This document shows positions 14,090 to 27,617 of a DNA stretch of 64,000 bases, piece by piece. Position numbers and translations under genes: made by a program. The stretch is from assembly GCF_009914755.1 (NCBI RefSeq), contig NC_060940.1. One strand, 5' to 3'. Position 1 is the stretch's first letter, and every line of letters starts with the position of its first letter. The stretch comes from the human T2T-CHM13v2.0 reference genome, Homo sapiens. Under the pieces are notes generated by a model. It saw only the letters and a list, made by a program, of their open reading frames with translations. It made no database searches and was not told where the DNA came from.

Positions 14090-15954
14090 CCATTGTATTT
14101 TGGGAATGAAATAACCAGTCTTTTTGCTAGGACATGAGCAATGCCAGCAGAGAGATGGTGGTGCTCATGGCTCATCCAGGTGCAGGGACTAGCCCTGGGA
14201 CTGCCTGCAGATAGTCTGAGAGATGTCGAACCTTGTGGGTAAGAGAAAGCCCCTAAAGTCATCTAAGCAGAGACAGGCTGACAACCCCTAAGAGGCTTCC
14301 CCCTGTAACAGATGAGGCCATGGGTGCACCATTGACTGAGGAATGCATGTGAAGACTGGCCTTTCTGCCTTCGTATCACTCCTGCTAACAAATTAACTTG
14401 AAGGCCTAGCTGGGGTACACACCATACATCTGACATGGCATGTTACAAAAAGCCAGTGAATGATGTGGGTTGAGCATAGAGAGGTGAGAGCTCCATCCCT
14501 AGCCCCAGGAGGAGAACACTCCTCACTTCCAGGATAATATGGAAAATGTCCATGTGGGAGGAAGCATCAGAAAAGCATTCTGTTACAGGGGGAGTCTAGA
14601 GAGTAATGGAGGCTATCGCCTTGAAGTTGTATTTGCGGAGAAATTGAATAAACAAATCACTAAGTTATATATTTGTGTTCCACCAAATATCTCTAAAGAT
14701 TATATTTGAAGGTCTCACATAATTTTCACATAAACATTAACGGAAGACAGTATCTACATAGTCATATCCTCAGTTCTATCAATTTTAGGTGGGTAAAATT
14801 TTTCTACAATTGTCTTTATTTAACTCAATCTTGAACATTTTCTAATCTTTGAGGAGAAAAGAATACAACATCACTTTGAAACCATAAGAAATAAAATTCT
14901 GGGGCATCCCAAGTTCATTATTTTCTGGAGAAAATCTAGCTTTCTTTTTGTTAGTGAATGGTTCCCCATCTTGGACTCTCAGAAATAAAGTATATGCCCT
15001 CCTGAACTTATATCTCTAACCTTAGAAATGTAGCCAGGCACTGCCTATCAGGCAATTGCTCATTAATTTATGTATTTAGTTAACTATAGAGAAAACAGAA
15101 GAACTAAACTAGAAGTTGATCCAATTTTAAATCCTTTCCACCATTTTCACATGATTTTTTTGTTGTCCCAAACAAAATCCTTCTTTAGGAAGTAAGTCAG
15201 TTAATTAGCTTACTAACCTCTACTTTGAAAGTAAAATTATCTAATTATGCTAGCCATCAATGCCCAAATAAATTCACCAGCAAAATAGAGGTTAGAAAAT
15301 AACACTGTTGGTGTTTTCTATATATAATCAGAGCAGTTTTTGACCTTTCCAATTGACTGTTATAAAAAATTCAGTATTCCAGCAAATTTTTTTATATAAA
15401 ATGGATTTATCTGCCTACATAGTATAATCTCCTATTGTATGCATGGAGTTTATGTCAGCTAAATTAAACCATCTGCAAGGCAAACCTTGTTAACATACTT
15501 CAATAATATGTATTTAATGTTTTATATAATGTACATGTATTATATATGTGTGTATCTGTGTGTGGGTTTGGATAATTTAACAAAAAGTTTTTTGGTAAAT
15601 TTTTTTCTTTTTAAGCCTCAAAGCATTTAAAGTAAGCTTATTAACTCCTGGGAAGAGAATTAATTGCCAAAGGTTTTAGAAAATTGTCGAAAGATTATTT
15701 TTTATAAACATACAGAGGGTTAATTTTCCGTGAATGTACTTTATTCAAGTTAATAGAGGCTACGTGGGTGCATCAATAATATAATATGATTCTTAATCTT
15801 TCCTCAAGTGAAAGACTGCATTTTGTGCAGTACAATTCTAATAAAAGCATTAACATTTCCAACAGGTAAGACCTATTAGATACTCTAACTTGTTCTTGGA
15901 ACAATGTAAAATTATTTATGTTTTGTTTTCCCCCTCAGGGGCTTTCTCAAGTAA

Positions 15955-16494
<540 letters not shown>

Positions 16495-17392
16495 TAACTA
16501 TTAATTAGAGAGGGTTTACCAGGAATTATGCTCCGTGATTTGTATAAAATGCTCTGATCCCTCAGATCAACACTCACATCTGTTTGTGTGCAGATGAAGA
16601 AACTGGGGATTCAGAAACCGAAAATAGATCACCAACAGCAAAAGCAAAAATAAGAACAATGATCAAAGAAATGGTGCAATTATTCAACTTCAGAGTCTTT
16701 CAGAATTCCACCATGTTGCATCTCCAGGAGGCTACAAGTGAGGTTGTTATGCAGAGGTATTCAAATATAGGAACAAATCCCTAAACACTTGGAGTCATTC
16801 TTTTGTTGTAGAAGTTATAAACAATAACTTAACCTGCATTCTGTTTTCATCTATAATTCAAGCATGGTTCCCTGGTATATCTCTGGGTTTGTAGTTCCTG
16901 GCTGGGTTTACGTTCAACTCTGCAATCAAAACTACAAATAATCTCCAGATACAAGTGTCGTAATATCTAAACTTGCATTTTGTTTGACAGACTACCCTTT
17001 CAAAAATTAAATTTTCAAGACCATACTTTCATTGAGAAAAATGCACACATGCAGATACGTACATACAAATTCTACACAATAAAGGTGTCCACAGCTTATG
17101 TAATAATTTGATATAATAATGAACTTCTCTTGCCCTTTCTGCCAAGTTCCTGCAGGCTATTTACATTCCTGCCTATTTATCTTCCTTTACCCACACACTT
17201 CCTCTTATGCAGATTGCTCCAGCCACATGGTCTTCTTGAATATAGTGCCATTTTTTTTCTGCCATTTTTTTCTTTGCCTAGAAAACACTTCTCCTAGCTC
17301 TTCAAATGGTTGGCTCTTTTTCAGCATAAACACTGTATTTTCAGAGAGGCTTTCCCTGATGTCTTAGGTCAGATTTCGCAGATGATGACTTA

Positions 17393-17472
17393 TAGAGTAT
17401 CCAACCATCTCAGTTTGCCTGGGATTGTCCCAGTGTGCACAGTGGGGCAAACTGAGACAGTGAGTCACCATA
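17393..17472. mobile_element. MER81-like hAT-Blackjack MITE
   Basis: tagagtatccaaccatctcagtttgcc...ggcaaactgagacagtgagtcaccata inverted ends. Confidence 0.55.
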
Positions 17473-17476
17473 GATC

Positions 17477-17860
17477 TGTTAGGGAAGTGCTCCCAAGGGG
17501 TTTTTGCCAAAAGCATGGGGGAGCAAGAAAGGAAAGAAAATACCGAAGTTCAATGGAGGTACTTGAACTCGATTACATAAGGGAAATCTAGGGTGTAAAG
17601 TAAGCTCAGAGTTTTCCCCCAATGGAGTCAAGAGATTTAAGCTTCCATAACCCCACGGATAGTGCTCATCAGCGGTTAGCAGGTTGCCTTGCGGTGGCCA
17701 TAGGGGAAGTAGATTTTCAGGGAGGTCTTTTTTTTGTGGGGGGCAGAATGTAGGCAAGCATTCCATTAGTCCAAAGGCAGGTGGCCAAAGAAAATTACAG
17801 GTGTGGGTCATTAGAAGTAAAGGCACACTGAAGCTGGGGAGGAGAACACAAAAGCAATCT
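17477..17860 (-). mobile_element. LTR16-family ERVL LTR fragment (inside an L2 remnant at ~17180-18140)
   Basis: GC-richer segment gggaaatctagggtgtaaagtaagctcagagtt...cagcggttagcaggttgcc resembles reverse LTR16C. Confidence 0.4.
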
Positions 17861-18359
17861 TTTCCCATTGGAAACACCTTTTCCTCTTCAGCCCTGCTAT
17901 ATTCATTGCTTTACTATCTTCAAGACACATATCAATATTTGACATTATCACATGTGGGTATAGATATATAGATCTATATCTGTATCCATATCCACATTCA
18001 TGTTCAAATCTGTCCATACTCATTTCTGTATATATGTGGGAATATTTTAATTACTCCTGCTAACATTTAGCTAGAAGAGGACAGTAACCCTATTTGTCCT
18101 GTTCACTATCCAATATGTGACAGCTGCTCAATAAATACAGGAAAAAACAGTAAGTTCATTTGGTAAACTATAATATTTCAGCAGAAATGAGTAACAGCAT
18201 AGCCTGTGACTCAGCTGCTTTATCTCAATTCTAATATACCTGTTTATTTTTCATTTTCTTTTTATTTTCTACGGTCTTATTGAAAAAAATACAGTTCCTG
18301 CCCAGCCATTCTTTAAACCTCCCTTTCTATTTGTCCCTATTTCTTTTCCTTTAAAAATA

Positions 18360-18590
18360 TTCTCAGACAGTAGAATTTAGTCCTAAGATAATAAACTCTG
18401 GAGCATTCTAGAATGCATAATTTTGGAAGTTATATCTGCCACTTGCTATGTGTATGACTTTGGGCAAATGTTACTCAACCATAAAATGAGGGGTGTAGAG
18501 CCCATCTCATGAGGTTATAATGAGGGTTAAATAAATTAATATATTCCGAAGCAGTTAGGTAGTGCTTAGTACATGGAGAACACTTAAAGA
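18360..18590 (+). mobile_element. MIR
   Basis: ctgccacttgctatgtgtatgactttgggcaaatg...aaaatgaggg...catctcatgaggttataatgagggttaaataa. Confidence 0.7.
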
Positions 18591-19339
18591 TTATCTACTC
18601 CCAATCGCTCATAAAATACTGATTTTCTACATTGACTCTGTGTCATTGTGGATTATTATAATTTATTTTCCAACAATTTCCAAAAAGATTCAAGATAGTT
18701 TGATTCTAGTCTGTTATTTTAAGTCATCTTACTAGAAATTGTATTTATAAAATCAGTTTTCTCAATAAGTATTAGAGTAAATTTATCATTCAAAAACACA
18801 CACTCTCACACTCACTCACATTCTCAAGACACAAAATCTAAAAAGTTTTTATGTAGCTCATCAACCTCTTGGGAGAAGCTTGTTCAGAATTCATGGAAAT
18901 AACTCTGAGGTCTCAAATGAGTTGGGGAACAGAGTGATGCATTGTTGTCTTCTCATTTTTGTCAGGCACTTAGAGTTCCCTTGATGGTTTATTACATTTA
19001 AGATGATTTTATTTGTAATTTGAGAAATGAAGCACTGTGATTACTTAAAAATGTTTTTGCTTTGCTAGTTCTAAAGATTGGTATACATTTCTTATCACTC
19101 TTCATAATATAATTTTGAAAAGTTTTATTTTTTAAAATTTTATACAATATAATGCTCTAGAGCATGAGCAACATTTTCACTATTTGAACATACTACTTGT
19201 ATTTGAACAGTAAATGAGCAGACTTATTAGCATATTAACACAACCATTAATTATGTAACACCATTAGATGCGGATGACATGGTACCAGATTCTTTTGAAA
19301 ACATATGTACTTTAATATATAGATTATAAATATTTGAGA

Positions 19340-19590
19340 AGCGGTATTAGTATACTATTTATGGTTGCAGAACTTAAAGACAGAGTGCTTACTCCACCTC
19401 CATCTGTGAGAGCTTAACAAGTCATGACTTCTGTCCATGTTTCAGTTTCCTCATCTGTAAAACGGAGATGACGATAGCATTTACTGTTAGGGTTGTTATA
19501 AATTTTAAATGGTTAAATTCATGGAAATAATTGAAGTGGTTTGGCATAGCACTTGACTCATAGCAAGTACAATTTAATATATAGTTATTT
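19340..19590 (+). mobile_element. MIR
   Basis: MIR core ttcagtttcctcatctgtaaaacggagatgacgatagc. Confidence 0.75.
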
Positions 19591-21530
19591 TTATTAATAT
19601 ATCAAAATCCTCTGGAATTCATTTTATTCATTCACAATATGAGCCAAATGGACTGAGAGCACTCCCCTGTATATACATATTTCTTACGATAGAGAATTTC
19701 TTGTTGTCCATTTGATAGTGCATGTATGATTGCTTTTTATTCTTAGAACAAGTTATATAAGTAAAGAGTGTGATACAGAATCATAAGTTTTGGGCTCTAA
19801 TATTGACTTTACAGTATTAGTTATGTGCCCTTGAGAAATATACCCTCTCTGTGGTTCATTTTTATGATCTCCAGAAAAGATATAGTAATAACTCTATAAA
19901 AGAGTGGTTATGAGTTTAAATAAAATGACATCAAAACAGTGAAAATTCTTGACAAACTTCTGTTGCAAAAGTTGTACTTATAATTGTTATGATCAATGAA
20001 GATGTATTCTTTTTTTAATTTTTGAAGTTTATATTCCTGATACACTGTTATTTCACATAGAAGTGTATCATTTTTAGTTAGTGTTCATAAAATGTTTAAA
20101 TACTTTGAATTTAATGATCTAATCTCTGGAGTTATTTTCCTAGCCTAATATTCTACAGCAAGATAGCAAATAAAATTAACTCTGTGCCAACATCAATCTA
20201 CTGCTAGTGTCTGCTTGGGAATGCAGTGAGTTGAGGATTCTGAGGTCCTACTTGAAGAGACTGTTGTGAGTCACTACACCTGCTATGGCTCTGGGGGGAG
20301 CCTGTGTTTGTTGTGCTTAGATTAAAAAGTATGATTTAGCTGTTAATAGGGAAGAAAGAAGGACCTTCTGGAAGGGATTTGGGTCCAAAGAATTACAGCT
20401 AGAAGAAGAACTTAAGTTCAAAGCATTTTCTCCTTTGAAAACCTCTCCAGAGGATTTGTAGGGTGGCTAATTTAGAATAAGACTGAGGCATCCAGGAAAC
20501 AATGCCTAAACCCATTGCCAAATTTCAATTTCTGCTCCTCTTGCTATGGACAGTTACGATGTTTACTAAACCCAGAAGCGCAAACAGATAATACTTGAAA
20601 AAAAATCTACCTCACTGATGATTTCTGTAGAGGCCTGTGGGCTTTTCCATAAATATATTTTACTGCCAAATTGCATTTTACTTAATTCCTTTATGACATG
20701 CTTTGAAATAAATTCTTTAGAATGGAGTGGTGGGAACTTTTCATATCAATCTTCAAATACATTTAAAAAATATCAGAGAAACTCCCCTTTTTATGCTGAA
20801 ATTCATTTGCTGATGATTTAAGCTCAAAACTTAAATGTGGTATTTAAGAGCCTAGTAAACACAGTCCAACAAATGCGTCTGTGAACTAATTATATCTTTA
20901 TGCCTCATTGATTAGTATGTGCAGAGCTGGGCCGAGAGAATGTCTGGAGCTAATTTGTATGTTGTAACTTTAAATTCTTTTCTAAAGAGCCTTGTATAAA
21001 CAGTAATGGTTGCCTTTTCAGAACATGCTTTAATTTAAATTCTAATATAATTTAAATATGTTATCCTCCACCACCCTGCCACTTCTCCAGACCTTCACTC
21101 TCCCCCACACCATCCAATCTTTATTATTGTTGGACACATGATGACACTCTCAATCTCAAGAAATTGATAACCTTTTTATTCAAAATTAAATTAGAAAACC
21201 ATAGAAAATTCTATGTAGTTGAAACAATTCCTCATTACAAAATGAGGAGGTCATTGGAGACAACGCAATCTAGAAACAATGGAACCAGTCCTCGGTCTTT
21301 ACAATGCAGTAGGACCAAAAGGTGCTTAGATCATAGGTATTTTGATAGGACTATGATTGGAAGGGTATAAATGTTTTCTCTTGGTGGTGATGGGAGGATG
21401 TTTTTTAGATTTTAGGGGGTGAAGAGCAACTAATGTATGAACTATTATTATATGTCAGATATTGTGCCCACATTTTATTTATATTATTCAAATTAATTAA
21501 TCCTCAAAAAAGTTATCAGAAGTTTTATTA

Positions 21531-21831
<301 letters not shown>

Positions 21832-22391
21832 GGTTTATTAAATTATTATTACTTCCTATTGACAAGGAAACTTAGGTTTGTAAATAATACGAAGTACCTG
21901 TGGTAAGAAAGGAAAAGAAGTGGGCTGCTGAAGGCTGAGAAACAAGGATCTTTTACCAGGAACTGATGGAAATTTCCTTGGGGCACGATATTCAGAATGA
22001 TTAGCCCCTCCCCACTTAATTTGAGTCTGTAAGTCCTACTTGTGAAAATATAATTATTTGAGAAGAATATTTGATTGGACTAACTGAAGCCACCTGCCAA
22101 CATTGGTCAGGTTGGGTTGGATTACCTTAATTGACAGCCCCGAAGACGGTAACAAATGAGGGAAGGGAAAAACACAAAAGAGCAAAAGAATAAAAATCAT
22201 ATTCTAAATGAGACCTCTGAACAGCTACTAATAATTTATATAAGATGGTACCCATTATAATTTTTGGATGAAGTAGAAAAACTCTCAGGTGATTGTCTGT
22301 TTTATTATATGTTATCAAAACGACTTCTCTTTTCTCCAGCCACAGATAAATTTTAATGTTTCTTTCACTCTGTCATCCTAAGACCAATATC

Positions 22392-22488
22392 GTATACAGA
22401 GATATGGGAAAACTGTCCTTTCAACGAATAATATGCGTTGCTGTCTATGTTTAACAATTACAATGACAACAAAAAGCACAGAACCCAG
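22392..22488 (+). repeat. Copy 1 of a ~97 bp diverged direct repeat (copy 2 at 24040-24137)
   Basis: Shared 20 bp core ttgctgtctatgtttaacaa with alignable flanks. Confidence 0.8.
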
Positions 22489-24039
22489 GTCCACTGGGGC
22501 TCTGGATTACAGCAACTGCTTTTTGCTATATTGCAGATTAAATTGGTGCCTTTAAGGAGGTCACTTAGTCACCTTCAAACCTCTATTTCCTCACCCATAA
22601 AATGAAAGTTATAATAGCCCTTTACTCAGTACCGGCAGAGGAGCCAATGCATGTGAAGCAATTAGCACTTTGCCTAATACATAACGTCCCACTGGTATCT
22701 ATAAAACTATTTGGACGGCACGAAAGAAAGCAAGGCACTCAATCTTGGGGAAACCTCAGCTCAATACATTGATCCAAATTAAGCAATGATTTGGGCTGAA
22801 GATCAATATTTTAAACAAAAACTCAGAGTACTTTATTTCTTTTTACTCCTGTGTCTATTGCATAAAAGTCTTGTGAATTAGTATAAGACTATCAGCATTC
22901 ATATCATTTCAGCCAAGGCATAGTCAAAATGTCAAAGCCTCTGTTTAATTGTATATATAGCCTGTTAAGTAAAGAAAGCAGTGCCAGGTATCATTAATAG
23001 CCATCAAGGAAGGAAAAGGTTGTTACAAACTAACATCCCCAGGGAAACATGCTGTAAAATAGAGTGTCAAGCAGCTGTATAAATAATCTATATTAACTAC
23101 ATCTTCACCTAAGTCAGAGAGAAGCCCAACCTTATTGTAAATTACGTCAAAAAACCCCATCCCAAAACAGAAAGGCTATAATTGCTTCTCATGTGCTAAT
23201 ATATTATTAGATATTAATTTGTCAAGTTTAGGGTGGAGTAATAATTTAAATGGGTGAGAAAAACAGTTACCTTGCTTAATTAAAATGGATAATAAATATT
23301 CCCTGAAAACAGTCTGACCCTCTTTCTTTGTTCACTGTTTTCATTCTAAAATCCCTCCAAAATCCAAGATCCTGCATTGTGTCAGTTAGAAATGGTGATC
23401 TCTGGTGATCTCAGTAACATTATACAAATTCTTTCTGAAAGGAATGGGCCTATCCTCAGAAACATCCCAGATCAGTGTTTGGGAAAAATGAAATTTTGTT
23501 ATCAAGATGTATCTAAATCTGACACTGAAATTTGCACCTTTTTGGAAAGGTTTCTTGTTCTATTTGGGTTGAAAAATCAGTTTTCATGTTGAATAATAAT
23601 GTTGAAAAGAGCAAACTCTGGTAAAAGAGAGACCTGGAAGTACACTGTTAAACTGCTTCCAATAATGAGAGAAATACAGAAGCACTTTGAGACTTTTAAG
23701 TCTTTCTCCTCTCCTCCACCGTTAAATCTCCAAAGTGCCTAAAAGTGTTAGATCTCTTGAACATTGTGAATGTAAATGGTCGTTGAAGATTGGAGAGGTA
23801 GAAACTTTTTTTTTTTCTCTGCTGAGTAATTATGTCAGTGGGGAAGTTCAGAAATGCAAATAAACCTCTCTCCTGCTTATATGTGTCTGTTTCTGTGTGC
23901 ACAGTATTTTTACCTATAACCCTTGCAACAAGGTCTGGCATTTCCCAAAACAAGAATATTACTCTCAATTTGTTTCAGACGTGGTATAATATTTTCGGTT
24001 GTTTGAAAAAACTGTCACTTGGGCTGCAGTTTCTTTCTA

Positions 24040-24137
24040 GTATCAGTGATATGGAGAAACGTTCTGTCAACAAATAATATACATTGCTGTCTATGTTTAA
24101 CAACAATGAAAATCACAACAGAAAGCACAGGAGCCAG
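24040..24137 (+). repeat. Copy 2 of a ~97 bp diverged direct repeat
   Basis: Aligns to 22392-22488. Confidence 0.8.
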
Positions 24138-24563
24138 CTTCAATTATTAGAGAAAACTATTGATTGAACAGAAGTCACCTAAAAATACACTTGGTTATTT
24201 AAGGAATGAAAGGTATCGTCACCTCTTTGAGTAGCTAGAAAACAGTACTATTTCCTATGTATGGCCTTACATATGTAAATGAGTAATTACATATGGTTTT
24301 AGGAACAAAATCACCTCAACCTAAAAAGGAACATTTTTCTACCTTGATATTGTCAAAACTTGTTCCCAGTCTCATTGATGTATTTTAATTCAATTTAACA
24401 CAATACATCTAATATAACTCATTTTTAAGATTAATAATATTTCCTCCCCAAATTGTTAACTTTAAGTTTACTTTTTATTCTTCATGGCATCTGACAACAT
24501 GCCTCTTAAAAATGATTACAACACCTTTCCAGAATCCCTGACAATAAAGTAAAAAATAACATT

Positions 24564-24583
24564 ATGGCACCATCTAGTGACCT
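24564..24583 (-). promoter_or_regulatory. Candidate CTCF site
   Basis: Minus strand AGGTCACTAGATGGTGCCAT versus core CCACTAGATGGCGC. Confidence 0.4.
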
Positions 24584-25116
24584 ATTTTTCTTTTTCTTTT
24601 TCTTTTTTGATATTCAGCTCAAAAGCACATATTTCTATTGATTATGTAAAGCTAGGTGTATATGTAGCAAATGGGCAGCTAGAAATAATTTCTTTATACT
24701 ATTACCCATGGATGAATCAAATTGATCTCAATGAAATAAAATTTCAAAAATAATTTCCTACCTTGTACAGTAGAAAGTGTTTTATAAGCAGGTTGATGAT
24801 TTTGGACCTAACCTAGTTCTGCTAGATAAAAGTGAAATTATTGTAGGTGATGAAACAGGTAATGAAATTACTATACACTCATATTTTGAACTGAGTAAGA
24901 CAAATCTATTTCTAGAACATGTTTTCATAAACAAATGAACCTTTTCTGTGTATAACAACATTGAAAAAGCTGATTTTCTCATACAAGTAATCATGATAAC
25001 TTACGTGACAGCATCACAAAACCTGAAAATTTTGGTAAAAGAAAATAAATACCTCTTATACTACCAGATATAAATATTAATTTATTACATAGCTATGCAT
25101 TCTCATTGTCAATAGC

Positions 25117-25539
25117 TGTGATAGTTAATACTGTCAACTTGATTGGATTAAAGGATATGAAGTACTGATCCTGGGTGTGTCTGTGAGGGTGTTGCCAAAA
25201 GAGATTAACATTTGAGTCAGTGGGCTGGGCAAGTCAGACCCACCCTTAATCTGGTGGACACAATCTAATCAACTCCTAGCGAATATAAAGCAGGCAGAAA
25301 AACGTGAAAAAGAGAGACTGGCCTAGCCTTCCAGGCTGCGTCTTTCTCCTGTGCTGGATGCTTCCTGCCCTCCAACATCGGATGCCAAGTTCTTCAGGTT
25401 TGGGACTGGGACTGGCTCTCCTTGCTCCTCAGCTTGCAGACAGTCTATTATGGGACCTTGTGAACGTATAAGTTAATACTTAATAAACTCCTCTTTATAT
25501 ATATATATATATATACACGTATATATATGTATACGTATA

Positions 25540-25573
<34 letters not shown>

Positions 25574-25611
25574 CTCCTATTACTTCTGTCCCTCTAGAGA
25601 ACCCTAATATG
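25117..25611 (+). mobile_element. MLT2A1 solo LTR (HERV-L)
   Basis: tgtgatagttaatactgtcaacttgattgg...cctgggtgtgtctgtgagggtgttgcc...aataaactcc-(TA)n-ctcctattacttctgtccctctagagaaccct; TSD ~atagc/atagg. Confidence 0.88.
25496..25573. repeat. Interrupted (TA)n inside MLT2A1
   Basis: Direct reading. Confidence 0.9.
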
Positions 25612-25741
25612 ATAGGTACGTATTGTTTAACATTATAATATGCAAATTAAGTTATGACTTATTTTTAGAATTCATAGATGTCTCATGACTTATCAATTCA
25701 TTATAATTCTAAGATTGAATCTTAAATAGGAATGTATTGCA

Positions 25742-25743
<2 letters not shown>

Positions 25744-25774
<31 letters not shown>
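25744..25774. repeat. (TG)n microsatellite
   Basis: Direct reading. Confidence 0.95.
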
Positions 25775-25779
<5 letters not shown>

Positions 25780-27373
25780 TTTGAGTTATCAGTGTATCAA
25801 CTTACCTTCCTCTTTGAAATGTAGTGCTTTCTGTTTGCAGCGGGAAGTAGAATTTACAAAATGGAACTTGCTAAAATCATGCTTAAAACTAGAGCCTTTA
25901 GACTATGAAAGAGTCTAAGTAGATTCTGCTATGAATAAACCAAATATGTAGGGTTGCTTCTGTAACATGAAAGACATCTAAGAAGAAATTCTCACTGAGG
26001 ATACTGAATTTTATACTTTTCCCAACTTTGACATCAGAATTTGATTATAACAGTGAAGCAGTGTCTATCAGGAACAATTAATCTATTTAAAATAAAACTC
26101 CAAAATAAAAATAAAATTGTAGGATTTTTTTTAAATCCATAAGTTTATAAAAATAGTTTTTAAAAAGTTAGGAATGATTGATTCTAGACTTTGTAAAAAA
26201 AATCCTGTATGTTTTTCTGTTGTATTCATTAATATAAATAAGTATAAATGCTCATTAGTGGTTTCTGATACTTATCTCCAGTCTCTTTTTCTATGGAACT
26301 GGCAGTACCCTTCACCAGTGTGGAAAAGGGAGTGGTTCTGTGAGATAAGAGAATTAATTTATCTTCTTGTCAGTGCAGACCATGCCACTCACCATCTGCA
26401 CTGGGCCTGCTTCATGATCTTTATTCTGAACCGCAGAATGTACTTACTCAAGTATAATCTTTAAGTAACTAATCCTATCAATTGATGTCCATGGAAGACC
26501 TCACAAATGTCTATATTCTCTTCAAATCCCTGGTTGCTGAGTTTATAAGTTAATTCTGGGAATGTCTTTGTGACTTGACTCTTTGCATCTGCGTGTCACT
26601 GAAGGTGAGATTCCCTTCTATAATCACAAAGATATTGGTGCTGAAGAGAGAACTGCTTCAAACCCTATTTAAGATGAACAGTAATATATTAGTCCAATAT
26701 TTTAAAAATTATAGAAGACGATACCATTTCCAGTATGGCTCCATTCGAGTCCTTTCAGAATCAGTGTTATAGTAGTGGGTAATGCGTAATCATTTTGGGT
26801 TCCCATCTGTCTAGAAGTTTTGATATTTCTTCAGCGCACTGAGTACCTTCTAATTTCATTCTGATCTTCAAATATGTAATTGTTGGGTTTTGGTTGTTGG
26901 ATGCATTTATTCAAAGTGTTTTCACTTTAGAAACTTTCAGGGTAGCTATGCTGCTTTCTTAACAACAGAAATTAAACTCCCTAAGATTCAGTAAAGGTTT
27001 TATGAGCACAAGAGGGAAACACCATTGCCCCTGAAAATGGCTGATGCTGTGAATTTGATGACAAATTTTTGATGTTCTGAGTAGATGTCATGGTGATCAT
27101 AGAAAGGACATTTGAAGCATAAGGGAATAATTTGAATACAAAATCATGGCCAGCATTGGGGAAAATAAATCTCTCATTGAAAGTATCAGAAATGAGTAGG
27201 TGCCAAGGAGTGTTCCACAGAAACAGAATGCAAAGGCACACCTGGTATTTTAAACTTTATGAAGCTCACTGCTTTCACTGTGACAAGTGAGAACACTGAG
27301 ACAAAAGGAAAAGGCATGGTTGTCTCAAAGCACACAACTATAATAAAACTTGTACCAGAAAACTAAGAAGACA

Positions 27374-27617
27374 CCATAGCATAGCAGTTGAATAAACAAA
27401 TCAGATATCTAAAGACAATCTGGATTTGAATCCCAGGCTTCATAGACTTTAGTTCTGAAAACTTTGAAAGCACATTTCATCCCTATGAACCTCAGTTTCT
27501 TTATTTATTGAAATAAATTTAATAATACCAGTAGCTGAGAAAATTGTGCTGATTAAATGAGATACTACAGGAAAAGATCTTGGCACAGACACTAAAATCT
27601 AGTAATTGAACAATAAA
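27374..27617 (+). mobile_element. MIR
   Basis: tggatttgaatcccaggct...gaacctcagtttctt...gattaaatgagata...cttggcacag. Confidence 0.7.

Noticed and set aside
12290-15940. Strong isolated splice signals (acceptor 12320, donors CAG|GTAAGA at 12632 and 15865, acceptor 15938)
   Set aside because: Cannot be paired into convincing exons without transcript data
17955-17990. 14 bp palindrome atatagatctatat
   Set aside because: By-product of TA-rich low-complexity sequence
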